From contig CAXXLZ010000001.1 in assembly GCA_963675595.2 (NCBI GenBank), positions 1,024,001-1,088,000 of the forward strand: a DNA stretch of 64,000 nucleotides, given 5' to 3'. Made by a program: the position numbers and the translations under genes. The stretch is from Thermodesulfobacteriota bacterium. GTDB taxonomy: Bacteria; Desulfobacterota; Desulfarculia; JACQYL01. This document shows, piece after piece, positions 19,243-28,843 of this stretch (position 1 is the first letter of the stretch; each line of letters opens with the position of its first letter). Below the pieces are notes generated by a model. The model saw only the letters and a list, made by a program, of their open reading frames with translations, searched no databases and was not told where the DNA came from.

Positions 19243-19750
19243 CCGTCAACACGGTTACTCTATTCTCGAGCTGTCGCTGGTTCTGTTTCTTCTGGCTCTG
19301 GCGTCGTTCATTGCTCTGCCTCGATTGGGAGCCGTACTCGTCGGCGGTCGGGCCGAGGGGGCCCTCCGCACGCTCACGGAGACGATTCATTACGCGCGAA
19401 GTACGGCGGCCGTGGGCGCACAGGACTTGTTTCTTCATCTGGACCTCCGGGAGGGAAAATACTGGCTGAGCCGGGACCCGTCTCTGATCTCGGAGCCCGA
19501 GTACACGGAGGACCTGGCGGAGATTCACCGGTTGCCGGCCGGTGTGAAATTCAAGGAAGTGACGACCCTGGGCAGGGGACGCGTTGCGGAGGGCAGGGTT
19601 ACGGTCCGGTTCTTTCCGGACGGGACCGTGGAGACCGCCGATCTTCACATCGAAGACCGGGACAGCCGGGAATTCACGCTTTCCATTCATCCTTTGACCG
19701 GGTCCGTGCACGTCGAGGAGAAATACATTGTCCAAAAAGGCCTCGGCTGA
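19229..19750 (+). CDS. gspH: Minor pseudopilin GspH
   Basis: G|YSILELSL prepilin motif, FFPDG, operon position. Confidence 0.8.
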   Translation: MKISNRQHGYSILELSLVLFLLALASFIALPRLGAVLVGGRAEGALRTLTETIHYARSTAAVGAQDLFLHLDLREGKYWLSRDPSLISEPEYTEDLAEIHRLPAGVKFKEVTTLGRGRVAEGRVTVRFFPDGTVETADLHIEDRDSREFTLSIHPLTGSVHVEEKYIVQKGLG

Positions 19751-20096
19751 CTCCGGCTTCAGCCTTTTGGAGGTCATGGTGGCCCTGGCCGTGCTCTCCA
19801 TCGCCCTGGTGGCCGTGGTACGCAGTCAGGCCTCCGGAATGGACGCTCTGCAGGAAGCTCGTCGACGTACCGAGGCGACTTGGCTCGCCCAGATGAAAAT
19901 GTCGGAGCTTCGCGCGGAAGGCTTGGGGGGTTCCGGAACCGTAAACGGGACCTTCGAGGATGATTGGTCCGGGTACGAATGGGAGGTCAAAGTCAGCGTG
20001 CCTCCCGGCCTGGGTTGGGTGAATCGTGTCGCGGTCCGGGTATACTGGAAGCAGGGAGAGCGGAGGCACTACGTCGAGCTCGCCGGATATATGTAG
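19728..20096 (+). CDS. gspI: Minor pseudopilin GspI
   Basis: G|FSLLEVMVALAV. Confidence 0.85.
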   Translation: MSKKASADSGFSLLEVMVALAVLSIALVAVVRSQASGMDALQEARRRTEATWLAQMKMSELRAEGLGGSGTVNGTFEDDWSGYEWEVKVSVPPGLGWVNRVAVRVYWKQGERRHYVELAGYM

Positions 20097-20835
20097 CCCC
20101 CTCCGGGCGGCGGATGTAAACGGGCCGTGCCTGGAAACGATCGGGTGGAGACGCCTTGCTCGCGGCACGTGCGGCGCCTCGGGCTTCACGCTCCTGGAGG
20201 TCTTGATCTCCCTGACCGTGCTGGCGGTGGTCCTGACCATCACCTACGCGACCTTTTCCGCGACTACGGGACAGATCGGGGCGGTTCGGGAAAGCTCGGA
20301 AGTCCATCAGCAGGCACGGGTCATTTTTGAACGGATGTTCAAGGACCTGACCGGATGCGCGGTTTGCCTGCAGGATTGTGACTCGGCGGACCGAAACCGT
20401 GAACCGGTTTTTCGGCCCCTGGTGTGCGAAGGGAGCCTGGATGATCGGGCTTCCTTTACCACGTTGAGCTTTTCGTCCACGTCGCACTTGGCCATGACGG
20501 AGCGGACAAGGGGATTGGATCTTTCCGGCATCGTCTACCGGTTGGAGGAGGACGAATCCGACGCGGACCTGCTGATTCTGTCGAGGTCGGATGATCCCTA
20601 TCCCGGCACGTCGGACCTCGAAAGGCGCTTTCTGGTTTTGGGGGAACGGATCGTCCGCATCAGGCTCGAGTTCATCGACCGAGCCGGGGAAGCTCACGAG
20701 GAGTGGGATTCGTCGCGAGGGTCCCAAGCGGGTAGGCTTCCGCGACGAGTGCGCTTGAGTTTCACCATCAGGGCGAAAGATGGATCGGAAGTTCCTTTCA
20801 GTTCCGGCTGGGTCTTGCCGGCGGGCTTGCTCTAA
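20026..20835 (+). CDS. gspJ: Minor pseudopilin GspJ (true start probably downstream)
   Basis: G|FTLLEVLISL; C-terminal WDS...LPRRV. Confidence 0.85.
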   Translation: MSRSGYTGSRESGGTTSSSPDICSPLRAADVNGPCLETIGWRRLARGTCGASGFTLLEVLISLTVLAVVLTITYATFSATTGQIGAVRESSEVHQQARVIFERMFKDLTGCAVCLQDCDSADRNREPVFRPLVCEGSLDDRASFTTLSFSSTSHLAMTERTRGLDLSGIVYRLEEDESDADLLILSRSDDPYPGTSDLERRFLVLGERIVRIRLEFIDRAGEAHEEWDSSRGSQAGRLPRRVRLSFTIRAKDGSEVPFSSGWVLPAGLL

Positions 20836-21796
20836 CGCCTCCCGGCAATCCGGCGTGGCATTGGTGGTGGTCCTGTTGGTCACGGCCCTGTTGGTTTCCC
20901 TGGTGACGCACTTCACCTACGGAAGCCGCGTGGAACTGGCATTGTCGGGACACGCGTTGGACGCCCTGCGGGTCCACGGTCTGCTGCTGAGTGCCTATCG
21001 TTTGGGAACGCAGGTCCTGGTGCACGACGACAACGACTATGACGCTCCCACGGATCTTTGGGGAAGGAGCGACCTGCTTCCCTTGGGCATGTCCATGCTT
21101 TCGGAGTCCGCCCGGGTTTCCGGACAGATTACGGACGAGAGTTCCAAGCTCGACGTGAACCTGCTGGTGGACGATCGGGGAAAGGAAACAGGGCTTCTGC
21201 AGAAGGACATGCTGGAGCGTTTAACGAGATTGTTCGATTACCTGGAATTAGACACCGGACCCATCGACTCTTTGATGGATTGGATGGATCCCGACGACCT
21301 ACCTCGATCCGGAGGAGCCGAGTCATCTTACTATGAGGGCCTTTCCACTCCCTATGCCTGCGGCAACGGGCGACTGGAAACCCTGAATCAGCTTCTTCTG
21401 GTCCGGGGATGGACGCGGGAGATGCTTTTCGGAACGGAAAAAAAACCGGGGCTGGCGGCGTTTTTGACGGTGCATTCGGATCGGCGGGGAAAGGTGAACA
21501 TCAATACGGCTCCCAAAGAGGTACTCATCTCTTTGGATGAACGTATGGATGAACAAACCGTCGGCGAAATTCTGGCGTATCGTGCTTCGGAGCCCTTTGA
21601 AAAAACCGCGGACTTGAAAGAGGTGCCCGCAATCGACCAGACACTGTACTCCCGTTTGCTGGGCAAGATCACGGCTGAAAGTTCCTACTTTGCGCTGCGG
21701 ATGACGGCGGAGCAGGGCACGGCCCGTATGCGTCTGCACGCGGTGGTGCGTCGTACCGGGGGCAAAGTGGAGCCGGTTTATTGGAGAGCGGGATGA
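20780..21796 (+). CDS. gspK: Minor pseudopilin GspK
   Basis: G|VALVVVLL, DESSKLDVN, DWMDPD, VNINTA. Confidence 0.92.
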   Translation: MDRKFLSVPAGSCRRACSNASRQSGVALVVVLLVTALLVSLVTHFTYGSRVELALSGHALDALRVHGLLLSAYRLGTQVLVHDDNDYDAPTDLWGRSDLLPLGMSMLSESARVSGQITDESSKLDVNLLVDDRGKETGLLQKDMLERLTRLFDYLELDTGPIDSLMDWMDPDDLPRSGGAESSYYEGLSTPYACGNGRLETLNQLLLVRGWTREMLFGTEKKPGLAAFLTVHSDRRGKVNINTAPKEVLISLDERMDEQTVGEILAYRASEPFEKTADLKEVPAIDQTLYSRLLGKITAESSYFALRMTAEQGTARMRLHAVVRRTGGKVEPVYWRAG

Positions 21797-23310
21797 AGTC
21801 ATTGTTCGGTCCTTCCGATGTGGTGGGAATCGCCGTTGACCGTGACGAAGTTCGGTCCCTGGCGGTTTCCGTGACCATGCGAGGCGTCGAGATCGCCGGC
21901 TTGGCCCGGGCGGCCGTGCGTCGCGGGTCCGGAAGGTCCGAGGAAGAAGCGATCCTTGATGCCATGGAGGAACTGAAAGGGTCCTGGGAGACAACGCCCG
22001 AATGGTTGGTGACTGAACTTCCCTCTCGCGGGATCGTTGTCCGAAGACTGCGCGTGCCCAAGGCCGGTGTTGAGGCTGCGAACAATTTGGTCAAATATGA
22101 AATGGAGCCCCATCTTCCGTTCCAGGTGGACGAAGCCGTGGTGGACTTCATTTCAAGGGATCCCGGAGATAACGGGATGCTGGAAGTCCTGGCCATGGCC
22201 GCCGGGAAATCCGACGTGCGGGCTCACCTGGACCTGTTTGATCGCGCTTCCCTGGAATGCCGCCAAGTGGGCGCCGTGGGAATGGGGGCCTACCTGGCCT
22301 ACCGGTTCGCTGAGAAAGGCTCGGTCGATCAGGAAGGCGTCGCAGTGCTCGTGGATTACCGGAAAGAGGCGACGCACCTGGTGGCGTTCGATTCCAGGGG
22401 ACCTCTTCTCACACGTTCTTTGGAAATGGAGACGGTTTCCACCGAAACGGAGCCTCCGGTTGATCGAGACACCGCCCCGGATTCCGCATTCATCGAGCGG
22501 CTGGCCGCGGAGATTAAACGCACCGGGCTTCAGATTCGTGCGCGGATTCAGAGAATTGTGCTCGTCGTATCCGAGGCTGCGGATGAGCGGTTCTTGCGGG
22601 AGTTGGAGAAACATACGGAAATCCCCTGTGGGACCTGGAATCCACTCAAGAGTTTTCCCGTGCGTGAAGGAGCGGTTCAAGAGGATGACTTTGGGGCGGG
22701 TTTTGTCTCCATCCTGGGAATCGCCGCCACGGCCACTTTTCCGGCGTCCAAGCGTATCGATTTCCGACGAGACGAGTTCCAATTCAAAAAGCCGCTGACC
22801 GAGATCAAGGGGAAGCTCACCTACCTGTCGGTGATTTGCTTTCTCATTCTCGTGTTTCTCGGAGCCAATTTCTGGCTTCAGATTCGGACACGGAGCGAAC
22901 GCCTGGAAGGCATCAAAACGGAAATTCGACGCGTGTACAAGGAGACCTTTCCGGAAGCCAAGACCATTGTGAGCGAGCTTCAGCAAATGAAGACGGCCAT
23001 TGACAACACCCGCGAGTCTTTGACCGCCCTTGGGTTTCGGCCCGGAAGAATTCGAACCCTGGAACTGCTTTCCGATATCAGCAAGAGAATTCCCGAGAAC
23101 TCGGGTATCCGTATCACCGAGATGTCCATCGAGCCGGATTCCGTTCGCATGTCCGGGGAGGCGGGGTCCTTTGAAGCCATCGACGGTCTCAAGGAGCGGC
23201 TCATGGGAATCCCGGGCATTACTTCGGTTCAGGTGGAAGAGGCCAACCAGAGCCGTTTCGGCAAGGTCATCGAGTTCAGTTTGAGGACGGATCGCGAAGG
23301 AGCGCAATAA
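21793..23310 (+). CDS. gspL: GspL (PilM/PilN-like actin-fold plus TM)
   Basis: E.HLPF motif, single TM near the C-terminus, PilN-like periplasmic domain, operon position. Confidence 0.8.
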   Translation: MKSLFGPSDVVGIAVDRDEVRSLAVSVTMRGVEIAGLARAAVRRGSGRSEEEAILDAMEELKGSWETTPEWLVTELPSRGIVVRRLRVPKAGVEAANNLVKYEMEPHLPFQVDEAVVDFISRDPGDNGMLEVLAMAAGKSDVRAHLDLFDRASLECRQVGAVGMGAYLAYRFAEKGSVDQEGVAVLVDYRKEATHLVAFDSRGPLLTRSLEMETVSTETEPPVDRDTAPDSAFIERLAAEIKRTGLQIRARIQRIVLVVSEAADERFLRELEKHTEIPCGTWNPLKSFPVREGAVQEDDFGAGFVSILGIAATATFPASKRIDFRRDEFQFKKPLTEIKGKLTYLSVICFLILVFLGANFWLQIRTRSERLEGIKTEIRRVYKETFPEAKTIVSELQQMKTAIDNTRESLTALGFRPGRIRTLELLSDISKRIPENSGIRITEMSIEPDSVRMSGEAGSFEAIDGLKERLMGIPGITSVQVEEANQSRFGKVIEFSLRTDREGAQ

Positions 23311-23317
23311 GGCCGTC

Positions 23318-23848
23318 ATGAGAATCAGCCGGAGAGAGAAAATCTGGATTGCGGGTGGAGCGGGGGTTCTGCTTGTCTTGCTGGTTTTGTTGGGCGTGGT
23401 GCTGCCCGCCGTGCAGGCGGAAGACCGTTTGGACGCCCGCATCGCAAGCAGCCGAGAAACCCTGAAGGAGCTTCTGGTGCTTCGCGGGCAATGGGAGGAG
23501 ATTCAGGGGTATAATCGGCTGATCTCCAAGCGGCTCCGGGATCGGGGGCCCGACTTCTCCATGTTTCGTCACCTGGAGGAGCTGGCGCGAAAAGCCGGGG
23601 TCGACGACCATATTCAGTATATGCGCCCCGTCACCTTGGGGAGCCCCGAAGCGAGAGAAGGGATGATCCGCAAGAGCCTTGAGGTGAGACTGAACGGCGT
23701 GGGGCTGAATCAGTTGACGCGTTACCTGTATCTCATCGAGTTTTCGGAGAAACTTCTGGCGGTGGAGTCCATTCATCTCAAACCGGTGTACACGGATCCC
23801 CAACAGATCAACGTCACGTTTCGCGTGTTCACCCTGGAAAAGGCATAA
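23318..23848 (+). CDS. gspM: GspM
   Basis: SRREK followed by a TM, ferredoxin-like C-terminus, operon position. Confidence 0.8.
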   Translation: MRISRREKIWIAGGAGVLLVLLVLLGVVLPAVQAEDRLDARIASSRETLKELLVLRGQWEEIQGYNRLISKRLRDRGPDFSMFRHLEELARKAGVDDHIQYMRPVTLGSPEAREGMIRKSLEVRLNGVGLNQLTRYLYLIEFSEKLLAVESIHLKPVYTDPQQINVTFRVFTLEKA

Positions 23849-23894
23849 AATGTTTCCCGCCTGTGGGCGGTAGTCCTTCTAAAGCAAGTCCCGT

Positions 23895-24782
23895 GTGCAC
23901 ATGTCCTTAATGTCGATTACAAATCGTAAGTGGTTTCCGGTTGCTCTCGTCGTCTGCTTCGGCCTGTTGGTCTTCGCGGTCTCTTTCTACCTCCTGTTCC
24001 CGTATGACAAACTGGTGGCGGCGGCGCTCGTCCGTGCGGAACGTGAAACGGCGCTGCAAATCGACGTGGCCCAAGTCCGGCCGGCCCTCTCGCCTGGAAC
24101 CCTTCTGCTGGACCGGGTTCAAATTTCCGCCCCCGCTTCTCGCGGAGGATGTACCATTCTCTCCGTTCCCCGGCTCAAACTGGGAATGGGACTCCTCTCG
24201 CCGTTTTCCTCCGAAAAGCGATTGCGCTACTCTGCCGGGATTTTCGACGGGACGGTTCAAGGGAATGTCCGTGCAGGTTCCGGAAATCGAATGTCGCTTT
24301 CCTTTGCCGCCGATGGTCTGAACCTCGGTCGGTGGACCCCGGACCCGAAGTGCGCTCCCATTTCGGTAGACGGCTTATTGAACGGAACCCTGGAATACGC
24401 GTGGAACCAAAACCGTCCGCATCTGGGCGAAGGTACGGCTAAAGCGACCTTGACCTCCGGGAAGGTGGGCGGGCTCAAGCCGTTGCTCATGATGCTGGAT
24501 GCCGTTCAGGTGGATCGTCTTGTGTTTTCGGCGGGCATTCAGGGAGGGAAACTGACGCTCGACGAACTTACCCTGGCGGCCAAGGAACTCGACGCCGAAG
24601 TAACCGGACTCGTGTTTCTGGCCGTACCGTTGCAGAACAGTCGCCTGAACCTCCGAATCAAGGCCGAAATGAAGGAAGAGGCCCGCAAACGGCAAGGAGT
24701 GCCCTTCAAAGAGATGGAGCTGGAAGTGCACGGCACGTTGGAGCGACCTCGCGCCCGATTGGTGCCGCGTCCCGCGCGTTAA
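23895..24782 (+). CDS. gspN: GspN-like protein
   Basis: N-terminal TM with FPY, beta-rich body, C-terminal GTLERP; last gene of the gsp operon. Confidence 0.7.
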   Translation: MHMSLMSITNRKWFPVALVVCFGLLVFAVSFYLLFPYDKLVAAALVRAERETALQIDVAQVRPALSPGTLLLDRVQISAPASRGGCTILSVPRLKLGMGLLSPFSSEKRLRYSAGIFDGTVQGNVRAGSGNRMSLSFAADGLNLGRWTPDPKCAPISVDGLLNGTLEYAWNQNRPHLGEGTAKATLTSGKVGGLKPLLMMLDAVQVDRLVFSAGIQGGKLTLDELTLAAKELDAEVTGLVFLAVPLQNSRLNLRIKAEMKEEARKRQGVPFKEMELEVHGTLERPRARLVPRPAR

Positions 24783-24846
24783 ACCGTTGCAGGTCTATCG
24801 ACCTTCCGCTTGCGCAGAGGTAGGTTCGACTTGGGAACGCGTTGCT

Positions 24847-25797
24847 TCAGAAAGAAACGTTCATCAGCAGGCCTAGCCATCGGCGGTCGTTTCGCGGCAG
24901 GACCAGTTGGAGTCGGGAGTTTTCCACAAGACCTCGCAGGAATGCATCGTCCCGTGTCCGGTTGATCTTATGGGCATGGTTAACCGCATTATAGATGTTC
25001 CCGCCGTAGAAACCCAATTCGATCAAAGCCAATCCCCCGCCGATGACGTAGAGATCGTGGTCGAACGCCTCATAGGCTCCGAACACGAATAGACCATTCA
25101 GCAGCAGGGCCAAGCCCGCGTCCTTCCATTTGCCGCAATAGGCCTGCCCCGCGCCGGGCAGCACCCCCGAAAGGACTCCCGCGAGCTCCGGCGACTTGAC
25201 CGGTTCCACGGGACGTGACTTCAACCCTCCCTCCAACAACTCCGCCGCCTCTCCATAAGGAGGATTTGAACGAATCTCCTTCAAGGCCTCGCCGGCGTCG
25301 TGCCAGCGGTAGGCCTTCAGATGAACCCAGGCCAGGTCCCAGGCGGCGTGTTGGGCTTCCTCCGTGTCCGGCCGTCGACGGACCAGGCGATCCAGCACCT
25401 CGACGGAGACTTCGGGCCGCCCAAGCAGAACGTAGCACCGGGCCGCCTCCAAAGCGGCATCCCGACCTTCCGAATCGGGATATTCCGCCGCCAGAGTCCG
25501 GAATTCGGAAAGGGCCGCGTCGTAGGAACCCGTTTGAAACAGGCAATAGGCTTTGCCTTTTCGAGCTTTCGGCACATCGGGATGGTTGGGAAAGCGGGTT
25601 AGAAATCGCTCGTATTCCACAAGGGCAAGAATGTACTTTTCCTCCGCGTACAGCTCGTCGGCGAAGCTCAGCACGTCTTCCGGCGAATAGGCGGGTTCTC
25701 CGGCATGGATCGGCACGCACGGCCACCACGCCCAGAGGAGCACCAGGAGCAACGGAAGAAGACGTCGCATACGTTCAAGGGACCAGGGATTCGGCAA
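24847..25797 (-). CDS. Exported TPR (BamD/CpoB-like) protein with C-terminal hydrophobic KSP..A..LS..PG.GQ.Y domain
   Basis: Signal peptide, TPR-like repeats (YERFLTRFP, LAAEYPDS), KSPELAGVLSGVLPGAGQAY. Confidence 0.7.
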   Translation of the reverse strand: MPNPWSLERMRRLLPLLLVLLWAWWPCVPIHAGEPAYSPEDVLSFADELYAEEKYILALVEYERFLTRFPNHPDVPKARKGKAYCLFQTGSYDAALSEFRTLAAEYPDSEGRDAALEAARCYVLLGRPEVSVEVLDRLVRRRPDTEEAQHAAWDLAWVHLKAYRWHDAGEALKEIRSNPPYGEAAELLEGGLKSRPVEPVKSPELAGVLSGVLPGAGQAYCGKWKDAGLALLLNGLFVFGAYEAFDHDLYVIGGGLALIELGFYGGNIYNAVNHAHKINRTRDDAFLRGLVENSRLQLVLPRNDRRWLGLLMNVSF

Positions 25798-26245
25798 TGG
25801 AGCGGGCCTCGGATCTGGAGGGTTTCGTGGTTTCCGCCGTGTGCCGACGGAAGTCGTTGGCCTTCACGGGATCGTGGAAGCATTGGAAACGCCCCTGCCG
25901 GTAGACGCGTTTCCCGTGTTCCATTTCATCGGCTTCATGATACAGGCGATCCACGGCCATGAACGTGCCCCAAAGGGCTCCGTGTTCTTCCAGCGCCTGA
26001 AGCGCGTACGCCGAACAACTGGGGCACATGGTGCATTTGTGCCAGGTGAAGGGCGATATGAAATGCCGGTAAAATTGTACCAGGGGAATGACCGTGTACT
26101 TGGCGATGCCGTGATCTGTTTTGGATTGGGGAGAATTCGCGGCGGAGCCTGCTCCCGAGGAGATGAAGAACAACCCGCATACGGCCGCGAAGAGCAAAAC
26201 GCGGCGTGGTGACACGCCCGGCCGACCTGGAAGTGAACATCGCAT
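25775..26245 (-). CDS. YidD-like (membrane protein insertion efficiency factor) paralogue with N-terminal hydrophobic segment
   Basis: YRHFISP...C...PSCSAYA..A...HG...G....DRL. Start uncertain. Confidence 0.7.
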   Translation of the reverse strand: MRCSLPGRPGVSPRRVLLFAAVCGLFFISSGAGSAANSPQSKTDHGIAKYTVIPLVQFYRHFISPFTWHKCTMCPSCSAYALQALEEHGALWGTFMAVDRLYHEADEMEHGKRVYRQGRFQCFHDPVKANDFRRHTAETTKPSRSEARSIAESLVP

Positions 26246-26516
26246 GCTGAAAGAGACTCTTCCGCCTGGATTCGATGTTTGAGGGATACGGCGGCCCCGG
26301 TGGAAACCCAAGGACGAATGCTCCAGTGCAATGGATATGCCCGAAGCGCCGCTTCGGTACGATTGCAGATTAGACACAGGTCCGCGTGGGGATTGTTATT
26401 ACTTCATGGGGCGCGTCAGGTCAAATCCCTCCCCATAAACGGAACACGTTTCAGGTCAAAGTGCGGGGACAGAGAGGTGTGGGCATGCTTCGAGGAGCGA
26501 TTGGAAAGAACTTGCC

Positions 26517-26790
26517 TCAGTTCTCGTTCGGCCTCATCGGAAGACCGGCCAAGCGCCGGCATGATTCGTCGCGATGATCTTCACCGGCGATTTGTCTCTC
26601 CAATTCATCCAAGGTCGGCAGGATTTCCCGAATCGCCGACCGTAGCGGCTCGATATTCTTTTCGATGATTTGCCACAGCTCGGTGATACCGACACCTTCC
26701 TATTGGTGAATGAGGATATCTCGAAATCCCTCAAGTTCACGCCATGGTATTCCCGGATGCCGGCTTCGGTAATCTTCGGGAATCCGTGCA
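26517..26790 (-). pseudogene. HepT/DUF86 HEPN toxin remnant
   Basis: RIPEDYRSRHPGIPWRELEGFRDILIHQ*EGVGITELWQIIEKNIEPL. N-terminus missing; in-frame TAG at 26700-26702. Confidence 0.75.
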
Positions 26791-26947
26791 TAAGTCGAGA
26801 TTAGACATGGTGGGCTTATGGTTTCGCGACAGCCGACTCTTTCGAATTCTCCAATCGTTTGAATCCTCGCCCGCCGATTGATATACTTTATAGTACATTG
26901 AATGAAACCCGAGAACCGCGGCATCCGACTGGAAGGGGATCTCAGAC

Positions 26948-28684
26948 ATGAAGAGCATCCGTTGGCGTACGATCCGGGGGGGAATCGTACTTGCGTTATT
27001 CCTGATTCCGGCCTGGGCGGGCGCGGAGCCCGTGCAGGAGCCCGTCCTTTTGAGGCAGCTCACGGGAACCGGCACCTCCTGGTTCGGTTCACCCATTATC
27101 CACAACTTAGGCGACGGTGAACGCAAACTCGTGGGAGCCTTTTACGACGTTTTCGTATGGGATCGGAATTTCAACAAGATCGCGGAGGCGCCCTCCGGGT
27201 CCGAATATCCTCACGAAGGCCGGGTCTACAGCCCTCCGGTGTGCGCCGATCTGGACCGGGACGGCATTTACGAAGTGGTGGTGGGGAGCAACAAGGGCAA
27301 AGTGGCGGCGTACGAATGGCGGGAGGGCACGCTGTCCATCAAGGCCGGTTGGCCCGCGGATTGTTGCGACGCGGACCAATGCCCCGAAGTCAGGGGATTG
27401 GCCGCCGGCGATTTGGACGGAAACGGGACCATCGAAGTCGTAGCCACCACCACTCAGACCAATGGAGGCGCCCAGGTTTTCGTGTTCCAAGCCGACGGGT
27501 CGTTGTACCAACCTCCGGGGCTGACCTTTCAGGCCTGGCCCAGGTACAACACGGAAACGGGTCCGGGAAACGACGCGGACGTCAACGGACCGGGAAATCA
27601 CGGATACGGCTGCTACGGACTCAATGTGGGTATCGGAAATCTGGACGACGATTCCGAACTGGAGATCGTGGTTACTTTCGACAACCACCAGATCAACGTG
27701 TTCCAGCATACCGGCGTGAGCATGTTGGCTTCCTCTTATTTCACCAACCGGTCGTCGGAATATCTTGGAAATCCTCTGAATTGGGGTCAGTTCATTCGTT
27801 GGTTCGACGCGGGGGTGGAGGAAGACCATTATCACCTGCACACGGGTGATTGGCCTCATCCTTCCACGGACAAATGGATGCAATGGACCCAGTCACCTCC
27901 CAACGTCGCAGACCTCGATTTGGATGGAAAGAACGAGGTGGTGTGCGTGTCCAATGTGGAGATGGACGTGCCCTACGATACCAAACACCATTCCGTGGTG
28001 GTTTTGGAAGGGGGGTACGGAGACGGTTCCAGGAGCGCGAGACGCCTCACGGGATGGGAGGCGCCCCCATCGTCGGATTACCCCTTGAGCCGGGAAGGGC
28101 ATACCTGGTATCCGCCGTCCAACCCGCCCGCACCCACTGTGGTGGACCTGGGGGGCGACCCGGGGCCGGAAATTCTGTACGGCGCCCACGACGGCCATGT
28201 TTATTGCCTGTCGGCGGACGCCCGGCTCCTATGGCGACGGGACATCCGGCACGGACGGGCGTTGATGTACGCTTCCGAAATCATGGCGGCGGATTTGAAT
28301 CGTGACGGCACCGCGGAACTGATTCTCACCACCTACGGCGACCCGGATAGCTTGGTACCGGATGTGCCTCACGGCTACCTGATGATTCTGACGTCGGACG
28401 GCGAGGTACTATACGATCTGGAACTGCCGGCGCAGGGCACCAACGGCAACGGCAAGGGGGCGCCGGCCGCTCCCACGGTTATGGACCTTACGGGGGACGG
28501 GCAGTTGGAAATTATTGTGCAGACTTTCGGGGTCGGTGCTTTTGTGTATTCGGTTCCGGGGTCCTCCGAAAATCTGCTCCTGTGGCCCACCGGTCGCGGC
28601 AACTATCTCCGCGACGGTCGACCCTGGCCGGCGCGTTCGCTCAAGAGACGCGTGCGACTCCCTTATGAAATCCTGCTTCAATGA
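26948..28684 (+). CDS. Secreted FG-GAP/VCBS repeat protein
   Basis: Signal peptide (AWA); repeated ADLDRDG/GDLDGNG/ADLNRDG Ca-binding loops. Confidence 0.8.
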   Translation: MKSIRWRTIRGGIVLALFLIPAWAGAEPVQEPVLLRQLTGTGTSWFGSPIIHNLGDGERKLVGAFYDVFVWDRNFNKIAEAPSGSEYPHEGRVYSPPVCADLDRDGIYEVVVGSNKGKVAAYEWREGTLSIKAGWPADCCDADQCPEVRGLAAGDLDGNGTIEVVATTTQTNGGAQVFVFQADGSLYQPPGLTFQAWPRYNTETGPGNDADVNGPGNHGYGCYGLNVGIGNLDDDSELEIVVTFDNHQINVFQHTGVSMLASSYFTNRSSEYLGNPLNWGQFIRWFDAGVEEDHYHLHTGDWPHPSTDKWMQWTQSPPNVADLDLDGKNEVVCVSNVEMDVPYDTKHHSVVVLEGGYGDGSRSARRLTGWEAPPSSDYPLSREGHTWYPPSNPPAPTVVDLGGDPGPEILYGAHDGHVYCLSADARLLWRRDIRHGRALMYASEIMAADLNRDGTAELILTTYGDPDSLVPDVPHGYLMILTSDGEVLYDLELPAQGTNGNGKGAPAAPTVMDLTGDGQLEIIVQTFGVGAFVYSVPGSSENLLLWPTGRGNYLRDGRPWPARSLKRRVRLPYEILLQ

Positions 28685-28792
28685 CGAGTTGTGTCCTCCA
28701 AGGGAAAGTCTTCCGACGACGTGCAACACCGATCTCGACGGAGGCGGGAAAGATTCGACCGGGCAAGAATGCGTCCTTCTCTAAAGTGCGGC

Positions 28793-28821
28793 TTGACAAA
28801 CGCCTTAGCTGGAAATAATAT
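28793..28821 (+). promoter_or_regulatory. Candidate sigma70 promoter
   Basis: TTGACA-17 bp-TAATAT. Confidence 0.55.
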
Positions 28822-28843
28822 TGTTCAAACAAAGAAATCCGGA

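Noticed and set aside
26700-26702. Pyrrolysine read-through of the TAG in the HepT fragment
   Set aside because: The gene is also 5'-truncated, and Tyr-to-TAG needs only one substitution, so a pseudogene is the simpler explanation.
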